Of a stretch of 64,000 nucleotides of DNA, positions 22,712 to 35,704 are shown piece by piece. A program made the translations under genes and the position numbers. Numbering within the stretch: position 1 is the first letter of the stretch; every line of letters begins with the position of its first letter. The stretch is taken from the NCBI GenBank assembly GCA_973895155.1, contig OZ316892.1:9714283-9778282 (forward strand), written 5' to 3'. This DNA comes from Marsupella aquatica (Eukaryota; Plantae; Marchantiophyta). A model generated the notes under the pieces. It was not told the origin of the DNA and made no database searches. It saw nothing but the letters and a program-made list of their open reading frames with translations.

Positions 22712-25700
22712 ATGGCGACAGGGGGTACATTGAGGGCAGTGCGGAGGAGAGGAGTTGCTATGCGTGAAGTGATGAAAGGGCGCATCCTCATCCTCCCGTG
22801 GTTGGGGCCGCCGGTGCAGATTCTGCCACAGCAGCAGCAGACCCCGCAGCTCTCCTCTGCCTCCACCTCTTGCTCCACCATCTTCTCTTCCCACTTTCGG
22901 CCCTGTCGACGGGTTCGCCTGCATTCTTCGCACACCATGAGGTCGATCCCAAGGTTATGACCTACATCTCGCTTATGTCCGTCGTCGTTGTTTCGTATCA
23001 GTCCTTGACGTAAATAAACATTACTTTCTGCTTGTTGTGATCTTCGTTTAGATTTCATTTTCATTCTTCTGTAGGTCTACTTGGAATTGTCCGCACACGT
23101 TGCAATTTATAAACGAGCTCTGTTCTAATCCTTCACTCATTGTTATTCGCTGGGAGGTATTCGTAATCGTTTCCTCATAGGCTACCAGGAACAAATCTCT
23201 TACGTTGGGTCCTGTGAATCCAATGGAGGATTGATTCCCTTCTCGTTTCCGTTTCCCTTTAATTTCCCGTCCCTTCTCCGCACTGCGCGTCTCAAAAAAG
23301 TGTCTCCACTGCGCACATTCCTTGGTCGTTTCTTTAGATTGTAGAGCATTTTCCATCCCTCCAACTTGTAAACTGCATTTTTACCATTTTTTTTCAGGCG
23401 TCAGCGGCAGCAGGTGATTCTCCTGGATATTAAACTACAAAATGGAAGTCTTTGTGTGAATCATTTCGCATCTTCTTTTCATGGAGATGCCAGAGCGCTG
23501 AAACAGCAGCCATCGCCGAAGGAAAAGTTTAAGGACACATCCACCTTGTATCCCAGCAGGGAACTGAAGAGAATTATGGATGTTCAGTCTTTTAATAGAC
23601 CGTTTGACGACTCTCATCGACTCCCAGGGAGTTATCCTTATCTAGTCACCCAGCTCCCCACTGCCCTCGGGCCTCAATTGCCTTCCGCTAGTGTAAATCA
23701 AAGCAAGACCCGGGACTTGACTGCTCCTGGGAATTTAGACCAATGTACGTCATCATCAACGCTTGAAGTTGTCCGGCCGGGTTTGAAAGCAAGCTCTAAG
23801 CCAGTACCCACACTCGGCACTATCTCAGACCATAGAAGGTCCAGGCGAGCGGAAAAGAGTACATTTGATCAGCGAGCCCAAAGTCCAAATTGTGGGCGAC
23901 CTGCTCCAAGATCTGAAACGAGCTTCATGCTTGGTAAACGTCGTCTTCCAAGGAGATCAGACAGAATTGCTTCTAGCAATTCACATCCGACTTACAGTAA
24001 GCAGATCGAAGCGGGAGTGGAATCGAAGATTGTACCCTTTAATCGAACAGTGCGGCGGAGTCCTGACGGCGGTGCCCATTTGCTATCGAACAGCCATGCC
24101 ACCCAAATGTCTTACGGCAAAAGTGGGACAAGAGTAGAGCCGGCCTATAGTGTTGTTGATCAGGCCAGAAGTTCTCAAAATGGTGCCCGTCCCGCCCTTG
24201 ACAATAACCGGATACCTGCAAGTAGAATTGTGGGCTCCGTCATTAGGCAGACGTCTGGCAATGCCACTACCCACATGCATAGCGCTGGCACCACGAGTGA
24301 AGCAATTGATGTTTTGCAGAATCGTCTACAACGAGGCATTACTACATACTCGTACATGTATGTTAAAGTTCTGCAGATGTGCTTGAAACAGAAAGACCTT
24401 TTAGCGGCCAAGCAGGTTTATGACTGCATCATCCAGAGTGGAATGGATAAGAATCCATATGTGGCGAGCACCATCCTGAATGTGTACATCAAATGTGGGG
24501 GATTGTTGGATGGACGCCAAGTTTTTGACAAACTTGAGAACAGGAGTGTTATTGATTGGAACTCGATGATTGCAGGGTATGCTAGGAATGATCATACTGA
24601 GTCCGCTTGGGAGCTTTTCAAATCAATGCGCCAAGATGGTGCGCAGCCTAATGAGGTCACATATCTGTGCATCCTGAAGGCATGTGCTAGCCCATTAGCT
24701 CTAACATGGGGAAAACAAGTTCACGAGTGTATTCGACATGCCGGCTTTGAGTCAGACGTGCGTGTAGGGACTGCCCTCCTTCAGATGTATGCAAAGTGTG
24801 GGTGCATCACAGAGGCTAGGCGAATTTTTGAAAATTTGGCTACTCGAAATATTATCTCATGGAACATAATGATTGGAGCATATGCAGAACGCGGTCATGG
24901 TGTGGAAGCATATCGACTGTTTCTCGAAATGAGACGGGAAGGTTTCAAACCAAATGTAATCACTTATGTGAATATCCTCAATGCAGCTGCAAGTAACGGG
25001 GCTTTGGAGTGGTTGAAGGAGGTTCATGGCCATGCTAGCAAATCGGGACTGGAATTGGATTTGCGTGTGGGCACTGCACTGGTTCACATGTATGCAAAAA
25101 GCGGCTGTATAGATGATGCCCGACTGGTTTTTGACAGAATGGAGAAACGCGATGTAGTCACATGGAATGTAATGATCGGCGGACTTTCAGAGTATGGATG
25201 TGGGCATGAAGCATATCGACTGTTTCGCCAAATAAGACGTGAAGGCTTGGAACCAGATGCATTCACTTATGTGAGCATCCTCAATGCTGCAACTACGGGG
25301 GCAGTGGAGTGGGTGAAGGAAGTTCATGGCCATGCTAGCAAAGCGGGACTGGAGTCCGATCTGCGTGTGGGCAATGCACTGATTCACATGTATGCAGAGA
25401 GTGGCAGTATAGATGACGCCCGACGAGTATTTGATAAAATGGAGAAACGGGATGTATTCACATGGAATGTATTGATTGGTGGACTTGCACACCATGGATG
25501 TGGGCATGAAGCCCTGACACTCTTCAGGAAAATGACTGTGGACCGGGTGAAGCCGGACGGGTTTTCATTCGTGGCATTGCTGTCAGCCTGTTGTCATGGT
25601 GGCCTTGTTGACGAGGGCCGTAGACTCTTTTCAGTTATGACCCAAGACTATGGCATCGAGCCTAACATTATACATTGCACCTGCATGGTGGATCTTCTTG

Positions 25701-26377
25701 GGCGGGCTGGACACTTGGAGGAAGCAAAGCGATTCATTAGAGACATGCCAATTGAACCAAATGGAGTAACTTGGACAGCCTTACTTGGGGCTTGTAGAAC
25801 TTACGGTAATGTGGAGTTAGGCGAACTTGCTGCCAAGGAGCTTTTCAAGTTGGAACCCAGTAAGGACTCTACATATGTGCTTCTCTCTAACATCTATGCC
25901 GCAGCTGGCAAATGGGAGAACGTTTCACTGGTGCGCACTATGATGCAAAAGAGAGGTGTTCGGAAGGAGCCAGGGTGTAGCTGGATTGAAGTTGATAACA
26001 AGCTCCATGAATTTGTTATAGGGGATACATCTCACCCAGAAGCGAACGCAATATATACTGAGCTCAATAAACTGACTGAAAAACTGAAGGCTGAAGGCTA
26101 CATTCCGGATACCCGGCTTGGGTTGAATGATAGCAACGAGGAGGATAAAGACTTAGCTCTTTGCTCTCACAGTGAGCAGTTGGCTATCGCTTTCGGACTG
26201 ATGCACATACCTTGGGGAGAACCAATTCGTATTAGGAAGAATCTTCGGGTTTGTCCAGATTGCCATACAGCAACCAAGTTAATTTCTAAGGTGACGGGGC
26301 GTGAGATTATTGCCAGGGATGCAATTCGCTTTCACCATTTTAAAGATGGCGTGTGCTCTTGTGGTGATTACTGGTGA
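22712..26377 (+). CDS. PLS-class PPR-E1-E2-DYW organellar C-to-U RNA editing factor, ~1073 aa; exons 22712-22953 and 23398-26377
   Basis: 14 L/S/P motifs, E1/E2, PG box (EPGCSWIEV), HSE...CPDCH deaminase and terminal DYW. An upstream ATG exon rich in Ser/Arg joins through AG|GTTATG ... TTTTCAG|G in the correct phase. Exon 1 is less certain than the main ORF. Confidence 0.92.
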
Positions 26378-29300
26378 CCAGATTGGAAGGTGTGTTACGC
26401 TGGCTGAAAAGTGACAGATAACAGTCCTCAGTGCCAGCCCAGATGTAATTAGATTTTCGGTGTTTGCTTGATGAAGGGCAAACATACAAAAAGGGGTTTT
26501 TAGCCCTCGGCGATGGCAGTTCTCGGACAGGAACTTTGAGATTATGCAATTTGGAGTTGTAACTATACCTTATCAGGCTGAACGAATACGGATTTGCCCT
26601 TCACCGATTTCGCAAGCAACTGGCAGTAATAGCCATTCCCAATCCTTCAGATACTCATCGTTGTTCACAGCGATGGTTGACAACCACTCAATTTCTAGGT
26701 TCACTGGAAACCATAGAACAGACGAGCTCTGTAAATTGCTTCTTGATAGTGGAAATCACAGACATCAGATGAAGCTCTTAGCGTGGTTCTTTGATACCTC
26801 CAAATTTCCTCGCTAGATGAGGAGACAAGGCTTTTGCATCAGCGCTCAGAGGAGTGAATAACAGTCTCATCTTGTGTAAATATAAGACTGTAATGTTGTG
26901 AAGGGTGGCTGATATGTCAAATCAGACTGAGGGAGCAGGATTGCACGGACATTGCTTGTGGCTAGATATGAATTGAATAAATTAACGCATTGCGAAGTCA
27001 TTTGTCAAGATAGAAATCTTACTGATATTTAGATAGTGCAGCCTGTTCACAGATCGACTTTTTCTGATATCTATTTGAACACTCTAATATACAATCTTGA
27101 CTTTTCTTTCTCATGGTCTGTTTACAAAATGCGTGGGAAGCTTCCTTGGCTATTCAATCATAGTGGAACTAACCACATCTTCTTCCTAAGTTTGGTTCTA
27201 GATTTGTCCACCTTTTCAATCTTGACACAAGTATGGGCTGAGCTTGGCTCCAATCTCCATATTAATCTGGGCCAAATTTGACCGCTCTGAAATCATTGTC
27301 ATCTTCTTCCTCACTTTGGTTTGAAATTTGTCCATATTAGTTCATCCCAATTTGTTGGCAAATTTGGTTTGTACATGTAAAGGAATTTGTAGATCATATA
27401 GTAAGATGGCATAGATTTTGAGTTTGACTTTTGGTGTGCTCAGTGCTTTTCCACAAAAAGAATGAGTTTGACTTCCATACAAAAGAGCCTGGATCCTAGC
27501 CCGTGACCTATTTGACCAAATGGTTCTTTTCCTTTCCAAGGAAAAAAATGATGAAAAACATTTAGGCCGGCCAACGAGAGAAAACAAGGGAGAACAAAAT
27601 GATTCCTCTATGGATGGCTTTACAGGATGGCAGGGGCACATGTGACTTTTCTCACCAAAGCAAACTGGATGATTTTATAGATAGACTCCCAATCAACCAT
27701 GTTTTGAAATGAAGATTACTAAATGAACGAGACAAAGCTTAGAAATGATTAGACCACTCATGGATGTGGTCTAAAAACAAGCAGTGCACATTTTCCCGGC
27801 ACTTGCCATATGGGACCAGTTAGACACCATACCTGAATGGGCCCCAAAGTTTGTATTATGCCAGCTACAGCCAGTTCCATTCATTATAGAGTCTAGATTT
27901 TATTTTAATGAGAATGTAAAGTAACAATGACCCCCAACATCTTGTAAAACTGCCCTAAACCCAAATGAATATCAACCAAGTCAGAGCTTATGCCACACTG
28001 ACCATCACACTCCATTGCAGTGTGGTTAGTGGGGAGCGAGTTGTTGAGATGAAATCAAACAGCACAACATCACATGGAAAACAGTGTACAATTGATACAA
28101 ATATGTAGATACATGGTTCACCCTATCTAGGCTATGGCCATGGTTAGAAGAAGAAATTCACTATGGAGTAACCTCAGACATCCGCCATAGTCTGGGACAC
28201 CACAAGCTGCTATATGACACAATAGGGCATGTCAAATTACAGCTGTAACTGAGTTATGGCTCAGGACATAAAAAATTCTTATGGCCAGGACAAAATTGCT
28301 ATGGGCTACCAAAATACGTACCCCATAAGGGGGGTACATCCTCGGGTACATCCAAAAGATATCAGTCGTAACACATACTTTGGTTAGGGAGAACTTTGAC
28401 ATGCCCAAACACACTTATCTCTCTAGTCTCCAACTCTTGAACATTGATTATGAAGTGTGACACAATGAAACGCGTCTCCAGGATATTGGCTTTGCCAACT
28501 GGTGTAACCTCAACAACCCTTAATTGTGATTAAGTTGAGCTCAAATTAGGCTAACTAGTTGCTAGAGTTAAATACCACCTCAAACATGGGCCCCTCAGTT
28601 CTTGTAAAGCCATCTGCAGCCCTCTCCACTCACTGATAAGGTCCAGATTTAATCTCAGAGAGTATACTAATAAGAAACAATGGGCCTTAAACTGCAACTA
28701 GCATGACATGCCTGTTGGATCCTGCCTTTTGGCAGTGCAATTTATATTACAAAAACTCGGATTGACCAGGATGCATTAATGATAGCATTTTCTTCTGAAT
28801 TCATGTAGCAACGGCACAAGAGTGACTGGAATGTGAAAAAAGCAGACCCACTGTTGGACACTTCCCTTTATATATTATATATGGCTAGTGGCACTTTAGG
28901 CATCTTGTCAAGCCACAGTAAACAGGGCCTGAACCCAATGAACATTGACAATAGCACTGATCAACCAATCGCCACTCTCTGTTGCAATTACGGTTGGTGG
29001 AGAGTGAGTGTGGGATCCAGCACCAGGGGCATGGTGGGGTCCACACTGGGGAAAGGGTGGACCCCTTGGGGGCCGTGGTGGGCCCCGGGGTCGTTCTGTT
29101 ACGAAAGGCAAACAATCGAACGAGAGAAAGGACAAAACGAACAAAAATGAGAAAATGAGATACATTTTCATTCGATTCCACTCCTTTTCCTCGGGGGGGC
29201 GTCGCGACCCGGTCCGGTCGGGTGAGGGTTTCATGCCATCGCCCCACCACCAGCGGAGGAATAGTAATGGCGACGACCGCGACCACGACCACGACTACGA

Positions 29301-29514
29301 CGACAACATCAGGAACGAGATGACAGCATCGACGTCGTTCCTCAGCGCGGTCTCCGTCTCGCCCATCACGCTATCCCTCTCCCCTTCTTTGCTTTCGGTG
29401 ACCATCTACACCTTCTGCATCTGCGCCTTCGTCTCGCCGTTCTTCACCATCTCTCTCGCTCGCAGCGAATTTCTGGTGCTCACCCAAATTTGGAGTTCTT
29501 CTTCCTCTTCTGCT

Positions 29515-29900
29515 GCTGCTGCCAATTTTGCCTCCACGCTTTTCTACCTCGCGTATCTCCTCCTCTCCTTCGCTCTCTGCATTGCCGTCTGCCTCTCCCT
29601 CTCCTTCGTCGCCTTTGCCAATTCCATGTCCCACAATTCTCACTGGTGAATCGTGTCCCCTTCTGCCCTGCTGCTGGCGGGCTTGCCTCCACGCTTTTCT
29701 ACCTGTTCCCAGTTTCGTCACCTTTGCAAATTCCGTTTCCCAGGAATCGCACTGGGTGAATTATTCGCTTCTGTTGCTGCCGATCTTGCCCCCACCGTTT
29801 TCTACCTCGGTACCTTCTCCTCGGCTTCGGTCCCGGCATTGCCGTCTGCCTTTCGTCACCTTCGCCAATTCCGTCTCCCATTATTTGCACCAGTGAATTG
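29515..29900. repeat. Three degenerate GC-rich repeats
   Basis: CC(T/C)CCAC(G/C)..TTTCTACCT ... TTCGTC(G/A)CCTT(T/C)GC(C/A)AATTCC ... CAC(T/C)(G/A)GTGAAT occurs three times. Confidence 0.65.
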
Positions 29901-30797
29901 TTCTCGGGAATGAAAATGATTCTGTGGGTGTGTTGGAGAGCGAGAGAGGAGTGTGTACACGCCACGGAGGAGACAGGAAATCCGCTGCATTTGAGGTAGT
30001 GCCGGCCCTCCTGCTGCGTTGCTCTTTCGGTTCCTTCCTCGATCAGGACCCGTTTGGGTGTGTTCAGCAGGGGAGCTAACTCGCTCGCTCACTGGGTGGG
30101 CACGGCACTCAAGCTTTGAATTCCACGTTTGTGAGAAGGAAGGGGTTGATCAGACGTGTCGTGGGATTGGTTTGCCTGCCTGTCGAGAGGCTTTGGGAAG
30201 AAGGCACAGAGTAGGAGGCAATAGTGAGATTGTGGAGAGATTGTGGCTCTGTTTGTTGGAGGGAGAAACTGTTGGAGAAAGCGGTTTGTTGTAAAGGGTT
30301 ACTTGCGATGTAACTCGGCAGGACTGCATACATTATCTCTCTATCTGGCTTGCTTGCTTGCTGGTTGGGTGGGTGGAGGGAGAAACTCGGGGAAGAAGGA
30401 ACAGACAGGTGTTTTTTTGCGAAGGGTTGTATGCAAGAAAACTGTGCAGGGATTGTTGTCTTTCTATCTTTCTTGAGGGAGAAGCTCTGAGAAGCAGGGA
30501 GAGGGTTGTCCTGCATCCAGAACAACAGTCCTTTCTGCGAATGGTCCTACCGATGAACATAGAGCAAGGACGAAGGCGCAGGAAGGGTTGAAACGGCACC
30601 CGAAGAAACTATGCGGCGGATATATTCCAATTCCGCTCTGTGTTGGGCGAATTGGACGTCACTGAGTACAGAAGCCTGAAGGAGGGTGGATAGGTGGAGT
30701 CACCCGGTGCAAAGGCTTCCAAGGGACGGAAGGGAGGCTACCGTTTTGCCTATATGAGATCGACTTAAGAACGGACTCCGCTTATCAACAATCCACT

Positions 30798-33082
30798 ATG
30801 GGTTCTGCTGAGTTGCAACTCTCCACGGCTCTACGGCCAGCGGTGCCTCGTGAGCATCTCCTCGGTCTTGTGAAAGAGGACAGCAGTGAACCTAAGAAAT
30901 TAAAATTTCCGCTTACTCAAGGGGAGTTGGCGGCTGTAGCCGCCGTGTTCGCTGGATTTGGAGTGGCGTTATCGTGTATTTACCTGACAATGCCAAACGT
31001 GGATTATCAGGTCCTTAAGCTCCCCCACGACGTGGATGAACTGCGGTCCCTCACGTAAGGTTACTCTTTATATTTTTTGCAGTTATGTCGTTTCAAGCGT
31101 GGTAATTGTCTTTGGCACGAGGAAGCCCTTTCGTGTATCGAAACTACTTCACTGCGGTCATATTCTCACTTTGTAGTCTGTTCTTTCGTTTATATAGTCG
31201 GAATCTGTCTAGTGTTCTTCGGATTTTCTCATTGGGGCTGTAAAATTAGAGCTCGTTGAAAAACCGAGAAGAAACCCAGAAGGTTCCAAATCCTTAAGGT
31301 TGTTGAGATACATTTCCTAGAGTTGAGAGCTGCGAGAGGCAACTTTTGTACTCTCCTGGCCACGGAATACTACTTAGGGTTGGGAACACCAGGGACTCTA
31401 ACTCATTGTCTCATGTGAACCAAAACTACCAGTTGAGGATTCAAGATAGGTTTTCTTGCGGGTGAGTTTTTGAAAGTTTAGTATATCCGTAGACGAACGG
31501 GTTTCCACGTGCAACCCATAAGCTGTTGCCAGGTTGAAGGTCGGATGATAGAAGTGTGGTTTTCTACTAGCTGTCTTCCTTCCTGTCGCCGGGCTTCTCC
31601 TTTTTCTCTGGCGCAAGTCCCAATGAAGGAGCACCATTTTTTGAAATCCTTGAGCCGTTCCAGATTATTTTAAACTTACGAACAGGTTGACCTAAATACG
31701 ATGAAGGCTTGCTTGTCGCACCACTCCTTCATATTTTCTCCACTTTGTCGTTCAGCAAAAACTGGGCGAGACTGGCGTGGAAAACGTAATTGCTTACCAA
31801 TTACTCACGTGTAGTACATATCAGGGAATCCGCCGCTTTTCATTGGACCTCACGGGATTCGTGTTTGTCTCGTGAATGTGCAGGGAGTACATTTCTGGTT
31901 ATGCGAAAGACTACACATTCCGGGTGGTACTCGGGTACTCTGTGATATACATATTTATGCAAACGTTCATGATTCCTGGGACGATCTTCTTCTCTTTGCT
32001 AGCTGGGGCATTGTTTGGAGTGTCTTGGGGTCTGGTTCTGGTGATCTGCACTGCAACAGCTGGAGCCTCGTCGTGCTTTTTCCTTTCAAAGATGGTTGGT
32101 AGACCGATGGCGCATTGGCTGTGGCCCGAGAAACTACAGTTCTTCCACTCAGAGGTCTATATCCTCCCCTGCTCCTATGTTCGGTCACTTTCATCTGAGA
32201 GTAGGTTCTCTGCAGAAATCTACCTTCCTGATCTTTCCGTGGAAGCTTTGCGTAATCTGTTATTCCCAAATGCAATTGTTGTCACTCGTGCCTTTACTTT
32301 CAACTAGTCGGTTTTGTATCCGTTCCTTCTTTGTCTGAAGTGTAAAACATGCACTCACTCGATGTCAGTGGTCTAGTACTGTCTCCGGTTGGTAATTTTA
32401 TCTTTATTTATTGGCATCTGCAGATAGTTCCTGCAAGGCTAACCGGCGACACAAATATGTTCATGAATGCAGATTGCCAAGCGGGAGAAGAAGTTGCTGA
32501 ATTACATGCTTTTCTTGAGAGTCACTCCAACTCTTCCAAATACGTTCATCAATGTTACGTCACCCATTGTTGGTGTGCCCTACCAGACATTCTTTTTGGC
32601 AACGTTTTTTGGTCTTATCCCTGCGGCGTTTGTCACAGTCAGGGTAAGAGAGATTTCCAATTCTCTTGCTCTTTGGTCTAAGCTTGCACATAATGTCCTC
32701 AGTTTTAAATGACCATCACTGCGGAATTCATTATACACTGTTAATCTTCCTGGGACTGATCGTGTGGCTTTTGTCACAGTTAGGGTAAGAGAGATTTCCT
32801 CTCTTGCTCTTTGGTTTCTAAGCTTGCCCGTAATGTCCTCAGTTTTAAATTGATCATCAACTGCGGAATACATTATACAATGTTAATCTTCCTGGGACTG
32901 ATCGTGTGTGTTCATGACAGGCTGGACTTGCTCTTAATGACCTAAAGTCATTGCAAGATTTATACGATGCAAAGACTATTGGAGTACTTTTTCTCATTGG
33001 TCTGGTTTCTATTCTGCCCACGTGGATTGAAAAGATAAGGGGCAGGCAAAAAGGAAGAGAGGCTCATCTTCACGCTTCATAA
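30798..33082 (+). CDS. TMEM41/VTT-domain (SNARE-associated, DedA superfamily) membrane protein; exons 30798-31054, 31884-32154, 32473-32643, 32921-33082
   Basis: YIFMQTFMIPGTIFFSLLAGALFG and NYMLFLRVTPTLPNTFINVTSP are hallmark TMEM41-family motifs; all junctions are GT-AG and in phase. Confidence 0.92.
32627..32906. repeat. ~140-bp tandem duplication copying the exon-3 end and splice donor
   Basis: TTTGTCACAGT(C/T)AGG|GTAAGAGAGATTTCC ... TGTTAATCTTCCTGGGACTGATCGTGTG occurs twice. Confidence 0.85.
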
Positions 33083-33492
33083 CACATATCTTTTGTAGAT
33101 TAGCTCTCATATAGCAAGGTGAATGCAGCGATTGTTATGCCCTTTCTAGCTACATCTGCTTCAATATTGCCCATGGACGATTCACATTAGAAGCATGGAA
33201 TGATATTGGAGCTCAACTGTCTTACACTGGTGTGCAAACCTTGTGGGTCGACCATTGAAGGTGAAGTAGGTCAGCTCAGACCTTTCTGAAACAAATTAGC
33301 TGTGGAACTGTTGGACGTTCCCTACTGGAAGGAGAGAGGTGCATATCAAAAGGGCGAAATCATATTGGTTTCTGCGATTGCTGTCATCATCAGGCCTCCG
33401 ATGGGTCTGCTCTGTTTTGTAGATATGATAATAGGACACGTTAGGACGTTGTAGTGGTAACCATTCTTTTGGTGGCAATTTCTGTATGTCTA

Positions 33493-33647
33493 TGAAGGCC
33501 ACTCCCTTCACATAGTTGTTTAGACTCTGTACCTCATAGTCTGAAGGCCACTCCCTTCACATAGTTGTTTAGACTCTGTACCTCATAGTCTGAAGGCCAC
33601 TCCCTTCACATAGTTGTTTAGACTCTGTACCTCATAGTCTGAAGGCC
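33493..33647. repeat. Perfect 49-bp tandem repeat x3
   Basis: TGAAGGCCACTCCCTTCACATAGTTGTTTAGACTCTGTACCTCATAGTC starts at 33493, 33542 and 33591, plus a trailing TGAAGGCC. Confidence 0.95.
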
Positions 33648-35704
33648 TTTGTACTATATCAAGTTCTTTGTATATTAACATAGGTTGACACCAATCCAAG
33701 AGGATAATGCAAGATAGCCAATGCATTTAAAACTGTTACTCACTCATGGGATTGTTCTGAAGCATAACATTTTTGTACACTATCTAACGAAGAAGACAAG
33801 CTTGGCTTGCAGATCTTCCTCATTCATGCCAAGAGTTTTGACTTCCGAATCTGAAGAATTCCAGCTTGATTTCACTATTAGGTTGATCCTCCCCATAAAT
33901 TTCCGTGTGGGTGAATGTGGTGGAAGTTAACTAAATGTTAGAGGAAGTCTGAAGATTAGGTTCTATAGAGTGGGATACTATTCTTCAATGAGTGGCCAAT
34001 GTTCTCATTAGATTATGATCAAGCTTTTCTCCAGTGGAAAGAAAACTTGTTTATTCAGATTCATTGATATATTGAAGATGGCAGCAGCAAAGCACTTTCA
34101 ACAGATATTCCTACAGTCTGCTATTGTGGGCTTAGAAATAAGGGGCAGATTTTATTGTATATGAGTTTTAATCCACGAATTCCTAAACTTACACAACTTC
34201 TACCAACAGTGCTCACTAAATGGTCGCTTCTTAAACCCTGGGGTGTCCCTAACTCCAATAGATGTGGATATAAGTTCTCGTAGTCTATTTTTCGAAAGGC
34301 GCACTTTCATGGATGATATGGAACCAACATCCAACAAATCAACACCGTCAGAGCTTGTGACTCCTGACCACGAACCAAGGAGTAGTGCCGACATGTGCGA
34401 TTGAGGGCTGGAAGCGGGTCAGTAAGGGGAGAGATGTTAATCGGGAATCAACATGCAACTGATTATTCATTTTATGACAAAGCAGCCACGAGGATCAAGC
34501 AAATCTCCTTATTAGAGTAAGGGTTTTCCGTAAAGTGGTCAATCCAGGGTGAGTCTACCATTATTCCATTATTTTCACTCGAATTCAAGGTGAGCTGACC
34601 CCCACCGTAAGTCACCAAGACTTGCAAACAACACCACTTCCTGATCGAGAGCGCTCTGAGACAATTTTCAACTCACCCTCACTTCCATGACTTAGCTCCG
34701 TGAAGGATGATTTCACGGTTAATCAGCTTTTGAGCTCTCAACGGTCTTTCCATCCAGTTCATGTGCCTATAACTCTCGTATATGGGAAATTCAGTATCAG
34801 CCAAAACCTGGGCCTAGAAGGCCCATCTCATCTGATAAACCTTCAGAAGACAGTCACTGCAAATTACATGCTCTCATCTGGTCTATTGTATGCGGCACCT
34901 TCTTTCTTCTTACAGCTCGCCAGAGCCAATGAAGCTTAGCCAAGCCAAACGACCTTCACATCAAGCGGGTATCAAGAACTCAGCGGTTCACTATTATCCA
35001 AGCAGGATCGTCCCTAGCGGTTCGTCCAGGCGTCGCCTTGCTGAGATCGTACTAACCAACATCCGAAGATTACAATTACTCTTGAGGCTTGGGGGGAATA
35101 TTCGTTCCCGATAATTCCCGAGATGTTTTTGCACTTCTATTTGTAGTACATTCGAAATATTTTCTTTGATTTGGCAGAACGACCCTCACCACACAAATGA
35201 TTAGCGAGATATCAACGATGATTTCCAAAACAGACAGAAACCGTCATGAGACCAAACTGTCACAAACTCAGTAAGACGAATCTGAATATGAAGGTGGGTA
35301 TATCTACCTAGGAACAGTGCGAAGATGATCGACTTACCAACGTCCACAATTCGGAGAGATCCCACCAACGTACATGTAAAATGTAAAGGACAACAGAGTC
35401 CAAAGACGAAGAAAACTAATATAGACAACTTCCATATCATGCTACCATGACATACAGCTGCTAGTCCCAGTGTGCTGTCCATGACATGATCTTTGAATAC
35501 AGGACTACAAACCTTGACAAAAGCTGTGACCCATTCGTAGGAAGGTAGACCCAAGACATTTAGAACGAGGTTCACAAGGTATGCTCAAGAAATTTTGACA
35601 TCTCGGGACATTAGACAGAAGTGGAAGGCTGTAAGATCATCTTCCACAGTGAATATCTCTTACATTCAGTTCTCTTATAAAAAATAATCTCCTGCACTCA
35701 CCAT

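Noticed and set aside
22645-23064. Cys-rich minus ORF (CEEC...CCCCGRIC) as a zinc finger
   Set aside because: It is the antisense of PPR exon 1; the Cys run mirrors the CAG (Gln) repeat.
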